A stretch of 64,000 nt of DNA from Diadema antillarum. Its lineage: Eukaryota. The stretch is from the NCBI RefSeq assembly GCF_040938485.1, contig NW_027271914.1, positions 496,001 through 560,000 on the forward strand, in the 5' to 3' direction. A program made the position numbers and the translations under genes. The notes under the pieces were generated by a model. The model ran no database searches, was not told where the DNA came from, and was given only the letters and a program-made list of their open reading frames with translations. This document shows positions 49,222 to 61,843 of the stretch, piece after piece. The stretch's first letter is position 1, and each line of letters opens with the position of its first letter.

Positions 49222-52200
49222 GGTTAATATCTCGCATTTTCATCATTACACAACTGAAATCTTGTTCTTACAGCATTTTTCCACACATTTCTTATGCATA
49301 TTATGTGTACAGTTTGGAGCGAAAATTGACAGTTCGGCAGGTACATGTATATGAGAATTAGGATCTGTGTTTTGGCTTGAACACTTGGCTGTACTCATGG
49401 GAGCTGATTGCAAACTGCCACACACCTTTGGAATGGGGAGCAAAAAAAAAGAAAAAGAAAAAAAAAAATTGTTGTAGAAGGCTGAGTGGAGTATACCAGT
49501 GAGCACTAGTGTACCATGCCGCTTCAAGTCTGTAGTAACACAGATGCTGTGAAAAACTTGATATGAAGAGACTTGATGTAAGGATCTGAAGTCAACAAAC
49601 TGTCATGATAACACAGACATAATAAAGAGTAATCAGGATGATGTAGTTTCTCTCCACCCCCCTAAATTTTGTGACTTTGTTATAAACTTTTAAAGAAACA
49701 AAATGATTTTTGTAGTCCCAAGGAGCTTGTTGTAAGTGTGAGTTTGTTGTATAACTATTTTTTTTTTTTTTGGTCCTAGTGAAACAAATTCCTGTTTCCT
49801 TTTGTTATTTTGTTTTTTGTTCTTTTATTGTGCTAAAAGCCTCTGAAGAAACAAAATATGACAAAATGGCAAAAATAGGTGTATTTCAGTCCCATGGGTC
49901 TCTTTATACCGAGATTTTTAGCTTAACTGTAGTGTTTTCTTCATGTTATCCTATTGCTCTGGATGACCCATCTGTTATTCAGTATTCCTGTATGTTGCAG
50001 TGTGGGTTTGGCATTACAATGTACTTACATGTCGTGACGTTGCATTTTCTTTTGTTTTTTGTTTTTTGTTTTGCCACCTGCTGTGCCTGGGTGCTTGATA
50101 GTGCCACATTGCCCTACCTGTTACTGAGCAACTGCAGTGTGACGTGTAAATTTTCTCTCTGCAGTTAGCTTTCGCGAGCAGTTTACCTTGCACACGCATC
50201 TGACACAGAGGACCAGTGTGCCCTCAGACGCAGTCCTGGGTCTTCTATGCATAAAAGCATGGCACATACCGATACATACTGCAAGCATACTCCTATGCCA
50301 GGCCGTCTATTGCACCGCAATTTGGTGTAGTGTATTTGGCGTCTAGCTCTTTCAGAAGCATTTTTTCTACCCACCCCTCCCCCCAAGACTTTGCTGTGCA
50401 ACTGTAACAGTTTTGCCAGAAATTGTGCGAATACCAATGTTGCTGCTGCAAAAACATATGCTGCATTGCAGTGTGAGTAGAAGTGTATACCTGGTAGTGT
50501 ATAAGATTAAAGAATGAAAGGTTAAAGAATTAATGTAACAAGACATAGCCCACAAAGTTGGTGTGACATAGTACTAGTGTAGAATGGTTGTTTTTGTTTG
50601 CCAGAAATAGTTCAGAGATGGAAATCTTCTGCTCATTTTTGGGTACCCATGGATCTACTCAAGCAACTTGAATAAAATGAACAGGAATACATGGTCTGGT
50701 TTGATTAAGCTTTTGCTCCATGCGGGAACAAACCTAACCTCTTCCCCCCTCCCCCAAAAAAAAAAGAAAAGAAAAGAAAAAAGAATCAGAAATAAAAGGA
50801 CGAAAATGGACAAAAGAAAACGTATTGCAGCAAGCCTGATGCATTGTAACATCTGCAATGAAAGTACACTAATTGTATGTATATACCCTCTGATTTTGCT
50901 GTCAATTCAGTGAAAGAATAATTTAAAAAATATTCTGAGAAAGATCTGAGGACTCGTGCCAACCATGTGATCTCACTGGCACTCAAGGGTTGTGTTCTGT
51001 GGTGTAGACATTCATTGTACAGATGTATTACAGTATCTTTCATTATCTCTCATTGACGACAAGTGAATATGTATTTGTTTTTATCTGTGACAATGCAAAC
51101 TGCAACGTACATATTGTATGAGACAAAGCTACCATAATCATATCATTTGGAGCTAAAGTGTGTTTTGTGTTCTCGTATATATGTGCTAATCTGCCTCTGT
51201 GGTTTCATGAAATACATGTATACTTCAATGCACGGATACACTTGAAATGAATGTATATTTTGAGAAAGTGTATTTCTGAGAATGTTTCTCTGTCACCGCA
51301 CTCGCGTGGTAAACTTGCATGTAATGTTTCCTACCGTGCCTCTGCTACCCGTTTGAGATATTTGCCAAGTCAGCTCTGAGAAGAAAGCATGGGGAGCTTT
51401 GCTGAGCCTCCCTGATTAACTAGAGGACTGTTATCAACACACCCAATGCTGATATCATACAGATTACTTCATAAAGGCTTGTCTTGCTTTTTTTTTTTCT
51501 CTCTAGATGTAAAGATATACGGCAAAATGGTAGTGCTTTTAGACAGGCCTGCTTTCAGATGCTGCTACCATGTAGGCATTTCTGCTTAAAAAAAAAAAAT
51601 CAAGTCTTCACAATCTAGTAAGTCGAAGATTTAGTTTGTTGGTGAAGCTAGGGTTCCTTATTAAAAAGCCCTCCAATGCAGGGGTGTTTTGGGGCACCCC
51701 ACACCCTAGAACTTACACCATTAGTCCCCAGGTGGGCCCCTAGGGCCACACCTACGATGTGCCCCATTTTCGATTCCAAGAAATGTCCCTTTCGGCTAGC
51801 TCATTTTTTTTGCCTGGCTGTTGGCAGGTGCGTCAAAAAAAAAAAAAAAAAAGAAAAGAAAAAAAAAAGGCTCTGCAATTGAATTCTGTGGCAACTGCAG
51901 GTAGTGGTTGTGTGGATTGTTCAGCACCAGATGTATGCCTTATATCCATTGTTTTCCACAATGTGATACATTTGTGTAGTAAATGTGTTGAGTCATTTCA
52001 CATTTGTTTGTTTGTTTTTCAATGGATGTGTGATGTCCACAGTCTATCACACACTGTTCAGCTTGTGTTCAGAGGCCTGATGATTATTAATTCTCAGGCA
52101 GTCACCACCTCAAAATGCTACCGACATCACATACTATTATGTTGTCTATCATAGTAACTGATTTTAAACAGTTCTGCAACGCCGAGTGCCATTTTCAGTG

Positions 52201-52480
52201 ACCTCTAGCTCATAGTCCTACACATTGTACTTCATGTCACTCTGCTGTATACACAAAACATTTGCTCTTGCAACATTTCAGCTATTATAGCGGCTATTTT
52301 CATTTTTAATAATTTTCATTTTGTGAAGATAATATGGAGACTCCAAGATTGATGAGGGAATATCGGCACGTTGCGCGAGATGTCAGAGAAATACTGGGAC
52401 GTCTTTTTAATTGAAGGTTTGTGTGATGCTGATAATAATGAATGTGAAGTTTTAGTCCTCTTTGTACATTACCTTTTTTT

Positions 52481-52486
52481 AATAAA
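52481..52486 (+). terminator. Distal polyadenylation signal (possible end of a long DEK 3'UTR)
   Basis: TTTGTACAT...AATAAAATAAATTG followed by U/GU-rich TCTGTCTTTTTGTATGTGTTGTTG, a typical 3' end arrangement. Confidence 0.5.
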
Positions 52487-52954
52487 ATAAATTGAAACAA
52501 GTATGGCAGTAAATGCATACTCTGTCTTTTTGTATGTGTTGTTGTTGTTGTTGTTTCTTGATTTTTCCCAAAGGTGAAACCGGAACGTACGTGTACAACC
52601 GTATTAATAACTAAACATTTTGTAATATTTTGTGGGTCAATTTTTTTCTTGAAGCTGTGATTGGGTTTGGATGGTTATTCATCGCCACATATGACAAGGT
52701 TAATTTTTTCCTCTGATAAGGGGTCTCTATGTTTTTGTGTACTTAATATATTACAATAGCTACTAGCTCTCTAAGGAAACTACACTGCTTACCGCCAAGT
52801 TATCTAATGCTTTAGTCTTGTGCAACCTTTACACCATCTACTTGGCATATGAGCAATGGTCTCTCGCCAAATGAGGAAGTAAAATCAGATATACAGAAAT
52901 ATATGCACACATTGGGGCAAAGAGCACTCAACACACAAACAAAGGCAACTTACA

Positions 52955-54290
52955 GTATGTCCCCCAAAATTACCATCAGATTTCCGCATTGATAACTTTC
53001 AATATGATTAAAATGTCTGAATGCTATTTCAGGGTCTAAAAATATAACATCTTGCCTATACATGTACATGCATTTGGCAGAAAACCCCATTCAATTTGGT
53101 TAAGCAGTCACAAAGAAATGTGGATCGTTGTACAGCATGACATGGGTCTGTTTCTTCCAAGTTTAGCAGTAGGATGCTCTTGGAACAGCATATTAATGTG
53201 TGAACTTAATGGACACAACTTGGTATTCCTGACATGCTCTTCAAAGGTCCTCATTTCTATTTGACCACTGAAGCAAATCGGATGGGATTTTCTGCAAGAT
53301 GTGGGTAATAAGTTATGGTTTCATACCCTGAAATTGTATTTGAATTCAGTATTTATACGGTTATCGTTGCGGAGGGTCCCACTGTAATTTTCGTTTTATC
53401 TATTTCTTTATTATCATTTTGGTTTTGTTTTTGTTTTATTTTTGTTTTTGTTTTTGTTTTTGTTTTTGTTTTTTTTGGGGGGGGGGGGGGGACATACAGT
53501 AAAATTCTAGTGCAGGACTTTGGCACTACAAATCTAGCTACAGGGAAATCGTGTTTAACTAGCTTGCTTATGAGGTAGGCCGAGTTTTGCAGTACTGATT
53601 TCTGTTACATTCTATGGGTATTTGGCTGGTCTCTTTCTCAGTACAGTGGAAACTCAATATACAGATCCCAATGAATCTATTCCCTTTGTTTTGTATTGGT
53701 TATCGACTACTGTTATAATAAAATACATGTATCTGACATAAAGAACAAATTGTCTTGGTCCCAAGGATCTTGTTATACCAAGTTTCCACTGTAGATCTAC
53801 AAGGTATTCGTTATGATGAGGTGAAATTGATGACCTTGCCATACAGTATTTCCCCAAAAAAATTACAATCAGATTTTCGCATTGATAACACCCAATATGA
53901 TTTAACCGTCTAAAAGCTACTTCAGGATCTCAAAATATAACATCTTATCTCTATTTTGCAGAAAACCCCATTCAATTTGGTTAAGCAGTCACAGAGAAAT
54001 GTGGATTGTTGTAAAGCATGTCACGAGTCTGATTCTTCCAAGTTTAGCTCTTGGATGCTCTTGGAACTGCATATTAGTGCGTGAACACAATAGACAGAAC
54101 TTGAGGGAAGAGATTCCTGACATGCTCTGCAAAATCCCTCATTTCTCTTTGAGCTCTGAAGCAAATCGAATGGGGTTTTCTGTAAGATGTGGGAAATGAG
54201 TTATAGTTTCATACCCTGAAATTGTATTTGGATTGATTCACTATTTTTAAAGTTATCCTTGCGGAAGGTACCGTTGTAATTTTTTTTTTT
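52955..54290. repeat. Direct duplication of a ~400-bp segment (about 52955-53400 and 53845-54290) separated by a MITE
   Basis: Shared blocks such as GCAGAAAACCCCATTCAATTTGGTTAAGCAGTCACA and TTTCATACCCTGAAATTGTATTTG. Confidence 0.75.
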
Positions 54291-55792
54291 TGTGTCAAAA
54301 CGAACATAAAGTTGCACACACTGATTTTGCGTGAGGACTGAATATATTAAAGTGAAATGGGTCAACCTAGCCGAACTTGACTTTTTCATATTTTCTGAAA
54401 GAGCGGGTCTTCTTTTACATTATGCTAAAATTTGGTATCATAAAACGGGCAGGAAAGTGTGTTTTTTTAGCAGTTTATCTCGAACATTTTTTGGTAGAAT
54501 AGTGTGATTAGGTGTGTCTTTAGAATCCCTTTTTCATTTCTGAAAAACCTTGTCCACACTCTTCACTTTCAACTCTAATAACTTTTGAAAGGATAGTGCT
54601 ACTGCTTTGAAAGTTGGCATTAATTATGGACAGAATGTGTTAATGAGGCATGCTTAATTTCAGTTTAATCTGATAATCCCTTCATTGTTGTTACTCTGGT
54701 GGTTTACTTCCTGTTTTTTGTCCCATTCATCGCACAGCCAGCACGGTTTGGTAAAGATTAAGCGCTTGAATAGACACTGTACTTCAGAGCCTCTTTTCTC
54801 AGTTCACACTTTTCCTGAGTTTGTGCTTTCTTTCCAATATTTAGATAGGTTAGGAAAGTCCATTTGATTTGAGTTACACATCATTTTAAAGCTTAGAGTC
54901 TGCTCTTTCAGAATATGGTCTTAACTAAAAATTCATGTCTGGCAACTTTTTGTTTGTTTTGAGGTGCAGGGTCACATAAGGTATAAGGGTAACCCAGTAT
55001 CTCGGTTGCAATGGACAAATAATAATAGTACAAAAAATGAACAGATAAAATGCAAGAACAAAAAACAACAAAAAAACCAAAACCCAACAAACAAACAAAA
55101 ATGTACACACTCCTTAAAAAATGGCATCAAGACACACATTATCACATTGAATCACTTCACATCAGCCAGTGACAAGCCAAGTTGCCCTCATTTTTTTTTT
55201 CTGATTCCATCACGCATACATTATACAAATCTCCCAAAGACCACTTTGCTCTGCCTCCCGCCCTCAAGTGCATGAACTGAGGCCTCACACCTTGTTGCAT
55301 AAGAAGGATGCAATCAAACATAAGTCAGAAAATCAACCGTAAATCAGGTATCAACCAATCAGATTTGAGTATGCAGAGGCTTGCATTTGATTTTCCGACT
55401 TATGTTTGATCTCAACATTTTTATCAACACAGCCAAGTATATGCAATGTGTTTGGCACACCCGTTACCTCTGCAAATTTGGACCAGCAAGATAACTTCGC
55501 AAGTTGAATTTGTGATTTGAGAAACAGAGCAACGGAATTTAAAATAGGTAGTGTCCCTATTTGAGAGAAAAGCTGGCAGTTTCCCACATTGCTGATGATG
55601 AAAATCGCATTGTATTATGTAAGGCAATACAGTCAACCTTGCCTAAGTCGAATCTATGTGGACTGAAGAAATAGTTTTAACAGAAAATTCAACTTATGGG
55701 GGATTACAATCAATGCAATAATGAATATCAAGAGAAGAGGACTTGAATAAGACCTTCGACTTGGGCGATTATTTGACTTATGCAAGATCGAC

Positions 55793-56365
55793 TTAAAGGC
55801 AGCCGATCGCCATCCCTAATAGTACGTAAACTCCGAACGACCGAAGTTTGTGCATGCAATTGCGCAATGCCAGACTCGGTGCTATATCCATAAACGTGTG
55901 GGACAATGCTACCACTGAGACAAGTGTGTGTGTGTGCGTGTGTGTGTACGCATCATACACAAACATTGTCACCGCGAGCTGCGGTGATTGGAGGAGAGAG
56001 GCCAGAAGACGCTGTGGCGTGTGTGTGTGTGTGTGTATGCATCATACACAAATATTGTCACCGCGAGCTGCGGTGATTGGAGGAGAGAGGTCAGAAGACG
56101 CGTGGCTCTTTTGGCCTCTCTTCATGCGCATGCGCACTGAGAGTATGCGTCCATTCGGAAGCTCTCTTGGCTCGCTGGGACAGCCATTTTGGGTTAGGAG
56201 ATAAGCACAGGGAGCTCTCTTGTAGCCTACCGTTTTTTCGCTGACCCATTGAGCCAGCGCTATTCTTATTCGGGGGTCACTACATTTGATACAGAATGGG
56301 GGAGGTAGCGTGTTGCGTTCGTCTCCGTGCTGCACAAACCACTCGCTACGACTGAGTGTCTTTAA
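55793..56365. mobile_element. Kolobok-like TTAA element with an internal tandem duplication and promoter-like motifs
   Basis: TTAA-AGGCAGCCGATCG ... CGACTGAGTGTCT-TTAA (degenerate TIR). Two copies of (GT)n-CATCATACACAAA...GAAGACGC; TGCGCATGCGCA at about 56125. Confidence 0.5.
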
Positions 56366-56797
56366 GCAAGGTTGACTGCATTTCATCTTTATTTTTTAGT
56401 GTTCTGAATTATGTGCATCAGTCGACTCCTGGGCATATTTATCAACATGGTGCAAAACACAACGTGCTGTAAAAGTAAAAATTGGCGTACAAGTAATTGT
56501 TTGTGCTTAGTCGGGTGAGATGAATTTAGCGTGTTTTTAAATGCAGAATCAAAACGTCAAATAGCGTTACACACAAAAAGCAAAAATATTTGTGTGCTTT
56601 TAGTTCCGCGCTGGTTTTTCTTGTGCAAAATGCATAAAAATTTCTACACCACGAAAATTTTTGACTTTTACAGCATACAGCATTGTTAGCTCTCTTCATC
56701 TTCTCAATCACACATACATCAGTATACACATTTGTAATCAAAACAACTTGAGAGTCAACTGTATTACTTTTTTTGGGTAGGCAGATTTCCAGCCTGC

Positions 56798-56803
56798 TTT
56801 ATT
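56798..56803 (-). terminator. RPS7 polyadenylation signal
   Basis: AATAAA on the minus strand about 52 nt after the stop codon; a short 3'UTR is typical of ribosomal protein genes. Confidence 0.75.
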
Positions 56804-56854
56804 ACACATGTCGTGGTCGTGCCATTTTTCTGTACACTACATTCTCCCCCCTCT

Positions 56855-59800
56855 TCACAGACTGTACTCAGGGAACTCGAACGCCACTTCTTTGCCAGTT
56901 AGCTTCTTGTAGACAGCAGCAAATGTTTCCGTCTGAACAGACATAAAGGCAACAAAAAGACAACAAATTAACAAAAGTGAAATTACAAAAGATATATAAG
57001 ACTGAAAACTTAAAGGGATGGCATAGTCTTGGTTGAGATGACGATTCAGGTTTTTACTTTCAAAACCGATTTTCATCAAACAAACTTTGAATTCCTCTTA
57101 TAATTGTATGCTATTCTAAATTTCAAATAAGTAGTTTATAATTATCTTGCAAAAATGTAAAACCTGAATCCCAATCTCAACCAAAACTATACCATCCCTA
57201 TAAGAAGTACTCACTGGATTACAATGGGGGTCAAAAGATCTGTTTGATATGTTATGAACATACAAGCAAAAGAACAATTGGTCTAGTATCTAATGAATGA
57301 AATCATAGTGCTAACAATCATGCCCCACAAATGAATGGGGAAAAAAACAGTCCTAAAAAAAAAAGAGGAATTGTCCTTTTTAGTCTCTAATAAAGATAAG
57401 GAAAATGTTCTCTTGAAAGATTTTGAGAAAATCTATCCATACCTAAATGAAAACTGAAATGAATGACATTTCATGTCTACAGAAAATGAGGTGTACTGTA
57501 TTAAAGTCTCATTAACCCATATCCGCCGATCTACGGGATATCCCGTAGTTCGCGCAAATGCTGCGAACGCCGATCTGTGGGATAATCCATAGCATAAATG
57601 GCTTGGACGATGATGTCATTTATACAGCTTATTATAGCCTGTGAACTCTATCTCTGATATCCCACAGTCCTTTGCATCACTTCCTGTTACTGATATTTTC
57701 ATTTGGATTTGTATTTGCCTTGGAGGTTTACAGCAGGCTGCTGACAGAATAGGTCTACATCTATGTGAGATCGAACACTGCTGAACGTGTACATATAGGC
57801 CTCCTTTACTATAGTCCCATCCATAGCGTCTATGAGTGCATAGACCAGACTAGTCTGCAGAGCGCAGATCTTTTGAGTTATTATTCAACATTTCTTCATA
57901 TTTGTAAGCATTATACCCCAAGTTATATACCATCGGAAAGCTTACATTATGAAGATTTCAAAATTGATAGTTTTTTTTTTGTATAAAGGCTAGGAATATT
58001 TTTCAACAGTGCTTTCTTTTGAATAAAAGATGTGATTATTCATTATATGTAAATCATACGAAAATACTGAAATCATATGACGTCACATAATTCATGACAT
58101 GATGCTGATTTACATCTAATATGAAAGGCCATCACTTTCTCTTTCAATTGGTATATAGATTTCCATAGTTTTCTTTTCATAAGTGTCAGTGACATCAACT
58201 TGAATTTGAGATGGCACAGTTTAGTGAACGTACATGAAATAGCCTCCGGCAGCAACAGTCTTTAGATTGCATTTACATGACCGGCAGATATAAGTTAAAA
58301 AACTAAATAGAGGTGTGGTGCTCTGGGTTTTCTCACCATAACAAAACATGAGAAAACATGCAAAGACAAAGGGCCGAATGCATAAACGCTAGCAATTGCT
58401 TGTGCTAGCCTTTTACTCGAATCCGTATACATAAAAACATGCAAGCAGAAGCTTTTGCTAGCAAGCACAAGCTATTGCTTGCTGCCCGCAAGCAATTGCT
58501 TAGAGACCAAGCATTTGCTGAAAAACGTATGCATAAAACATACCATTTGCTAGTTCTTGCTAGCAATTGCTTACGATTTTCCAAGCTCTGTAAAATGAGC
58601 TTGAGCTTTTGCTTAACCGGAACGTTCCCTTTTCAGTATCATTTTCATATTTATGAAAGAAAGACCACACTTGTGAAGGAGTGGTATAAATCTACAAGAA
58701 ATTACTCATAAGTAGTGTAAGAAACTTTTTCATTTCAACAACGGGAATGTCCAGTGGTTAGCACGCAAAATGTGATGAAAAACAGGTAGGATGTCTGACT
58801 TCGGTGGAGAGCGAGGAGACCTCTCTCCACGGGCGATCTGGCAGATCCGGGCTGCTGTAAGCTGCAGTGATGGGAATCAGCCAGTAATACGTGTGTGTGT
58901 ATAGATGTGTGTGTAAAACGATGTATGTGTCTGTCTGTGCATTTCATAGCTCTTCTGCTATGTCAGGAAATGTTTCCACACACACATGCCCTTTCAAATA
59001 CATGCTGCCACACTCGCCTTTGTTCTTGTGTTCGCACAGGCGTGACATCCCTTTTGTTGACAACGCAAGCAATTGCTTGTGCGGGGCAAGCAAAAGGTAT
59101 TGGCATAAGCAACAGATTATGCATATGGATTTAAGCAATTGCTTGATCTAGACCTTTTGCTAGACGAGCTTGTGCTTTTGCTTGAAGCAATTGCTTACAA
59201 GCAATTGCTTGTTTTATGCATTCGGCCCAAAGAAAAGGAAAACAAATAAGAGAAAGAAAACACAAACAACCAACAAAGCAAAACACACTGACACTCTCTA
59301 TCTGAGCATGCTAGAATAGTCTAGGCTTTCCAGACCCACCTTGTGCTCGATCTGTGTCTTCTGGCTGACGTCCAGGTGTACCTTGATGTTCCTGCTGCCG
59401 TCCAGCTTGACGTGGATGCGCTTGCCGACGATCTCGGAGGGGAAGACCAGGTCTTCCAAGATGTTGTCGTGGACCATGGTCAGGGTCCTACTCCTGGGCC
59501 GCTTCTGCTTGCTCTTGTTGCGGGACTTCCTGGTCGGCTTGGGGAGGATTCTCCTCTGTGGGGTGGGTGGGGGGGGGGGGTGTGTTCAAAGATTTCAAAC
59601 AAGTTGACAAAGGTTCTATAACAGCTGATATGAACAATCAAATGAGTGAGCTAACGATATAGGCAACTCACATTTGTCTGTTGATAGCGTATTAAAAAAA
59701 ATATCATTTTCTGCTATAAAAGTGTACAAAAAAATTTTCTTCCAGGCTGAATAATTTTGAAACGATGATCAGTCAGATATATCTGGATTTTAGACTGAAG

Positions 59801-61843
59801 CATAATTGCATGTGAATAAAAATGGGGGAAATTTCCAAATTTTGTGTACAAACTATAAAGCAATTCATGAAGCGATGGAATCATCAACTCACTTTTTGCA
59901 CATTCATATTGACTATATAAGAACTGTTTTGTAAAAAATTAGCAAACTTAAAACATTCAGATTGCCGTCCCTGATTTTAATCCAATTTCGATCAAATTTT
60001 CACACTTCTGCTTATCAAAGATTTCTTTCTTTTCAGACTAACTTTAAACTGGTCAAGTATTGTCCTTTAGTGGGATGAGAGAGCCGTATCGCAGAGCAAT
60101 GTTCTTCCAAATATACTTGGCAGTCACTCGTTTATCTGGGTTGTTATCGTTGTTTAAAATAGGAAAAGAAAAGAAGAGAGAGAAAAAAATGGCTTACCTG
60201 GGCAATGAAGAGCACATGCTTGCCGCTGAACTTCTTCTCAAGCTCGCGTACTAGTCTGACCTGAATCTTCTGGAAGGCTTTCAGCTGGGGAACAGGAACA
60301 AGCACGATGACAGCTTTCCTGCTTGCACCTACGTCGAGCTCCTACCAATTGATTGGAGAATGCACCAATGTCAAATTCATTGCAAAAATCTTACAGTTCC
60401 AGGGTATGGTCACCACGCAATGACTGCCGAATTGTACGAATGCCAGTTTCCTCCACAAATTAAATACCCATGGGTTACTGTAAACTCAGAATTTTCGCTG
60501 TACATTAATTTTCATGTATTTCGCGCTATTTCTGGCTAGCTAGCGCAAATTCTAAAACCTGCAAATAATATCTTAACAATTTTCTCTGCACATTTCCGCA
60601 ACGCGAATTCAACAACCTGCGAATATGTTTTTGAGCCACTCAGCGCGAAAAATTAATTGTGCGAAAATATTGAAGTTTACAATACAATAGTATGTTCTTA
60701 CAACACAAAAACACAAGCAAAAACTGAAACACTGATTCACAATTACCTCAATCTCAACTTTTGGTAAGTTCAGTTTTTCTACTTTCACATGCAGAAGGTA
60801 TTGCTATCATCTGTTTTCTTCCTTGTAGTATTGTTGCTCCTGATTATACATTCTTTCCTGACTGGGTGTACAAGAGTTTTCTTCATGAAACTGAAATGTC
60901 TCTGTTTCTACTGCCTCCTCTGGTCAATCTTAAACACATCTGTGCAGCATTTCATGAAACTTGTCCGTCACTGACAACTGTTTAAAGCTATTGAAATCCT
61001 TGCATCTGAGAGCAAATTTGTCTGTGAAAATCACCGACTAAACAAACTGTTTAACGCTATTGAAATCCTTGCACCTGAGAGCAAATTTGTCTGTGAAAAT
61101 CACCGACTAAACACTTGATGAAATGCCCCTCCCCCGGGAGTAACATTCACTGACCTTGGCTCCTGTGATGAAGAGCTCCCTCAGTTGACCCTTGAGTTCT
61201 GAGTTGGATTCCAGCTCAATCAGAGCCTTGGGTGAGAGAGAAATGAGCGAGAATGACAAACTCAAAATATAAGTCAAGAACTTACGCATCTGCAATATGG
61301 TCTACATATCATTTTTTGCTCATCTATATGTACTTATATATTCATAAGTGTATAACAAGTCAAGTTCTACTACAGTAAACAAATGAAACAGAGTCTATGA
61401 ATGGTCTGTCAGAATACATTCCTATCATAACTTGGACTCTACTAACAGCCACTGTAGAAAATTGCAGTTAATTGCTAAGCTTGAATAAAAAAAAATCAAT
61501 GACTGACAATAAGTAAAGTACGTTAGGGATGTCTCTAAACAAAAAATCTTGGGGTTGCTCACTGTCTGCATATGACATAGCTGTAGTGTGTACAGAATAT
61601 AAAGGTATTTGATTGCATGTTACACATTGTACATGAATAGACATCACTGAGTACTAGATGCCCTACTGTTTACATGCTACTGTTACTAGATAACCAAATT
61701 TTCAGTTGAGTATACAATGTAGATCATAGATGTACATGCAGCATCAGAATTCAGATACCCACCTGTGAGACGGACAGTTCAAAGTTGTCAGGGGTTTCCC
61801 CCTGGGGCTTGATCACCTTTGCACTGGCACTGAACACCGCCAT
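56855..61843 (-). CDS. RPS7: 40S ribosomal protein S7 (eS7), 196 aa
   Basis: Exons (minus) 61843-61763, 61226-61155, 60341-60198, 59555-59340 and 56932-56855, all phase 0 and GT-AG. Protein: [13 protein letters not shown]..., [89 protein letters not shown]...[19 protein letters not shown]. Confidence 0.97.
57010..57203. mobile_element. Kolobok-like TTAA MITE, internally deleted family copy 3
   Basis: TTAAAGGGATGGCATAGTCTTGGTTGAGAT ... ATCTCAACCAAAACTATACCATCCCTATAA. Confidence 0.7.
57512..58298. mobile_element. Degenerate piggyBac-like non-autonomous element
   Basis: TTAA-CCCATATCCGCCG ... CGGCAGATATAAG-TTAA (TTAA TSD, imperfect TIR). Confidence 0.5.
58371..59228. mobile_element. PIF/Harbinger-like non-autonomous element with palindromic sub-terminal repeats
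   Basis: Perfect 16-bp TIR GGGCCGAATGCATAAA / TTTATGCATTCGGCCC, 3-bp TSD AAA, and many AAGCAATTGCTT palindromes near both ends. Confidence 0.8.
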
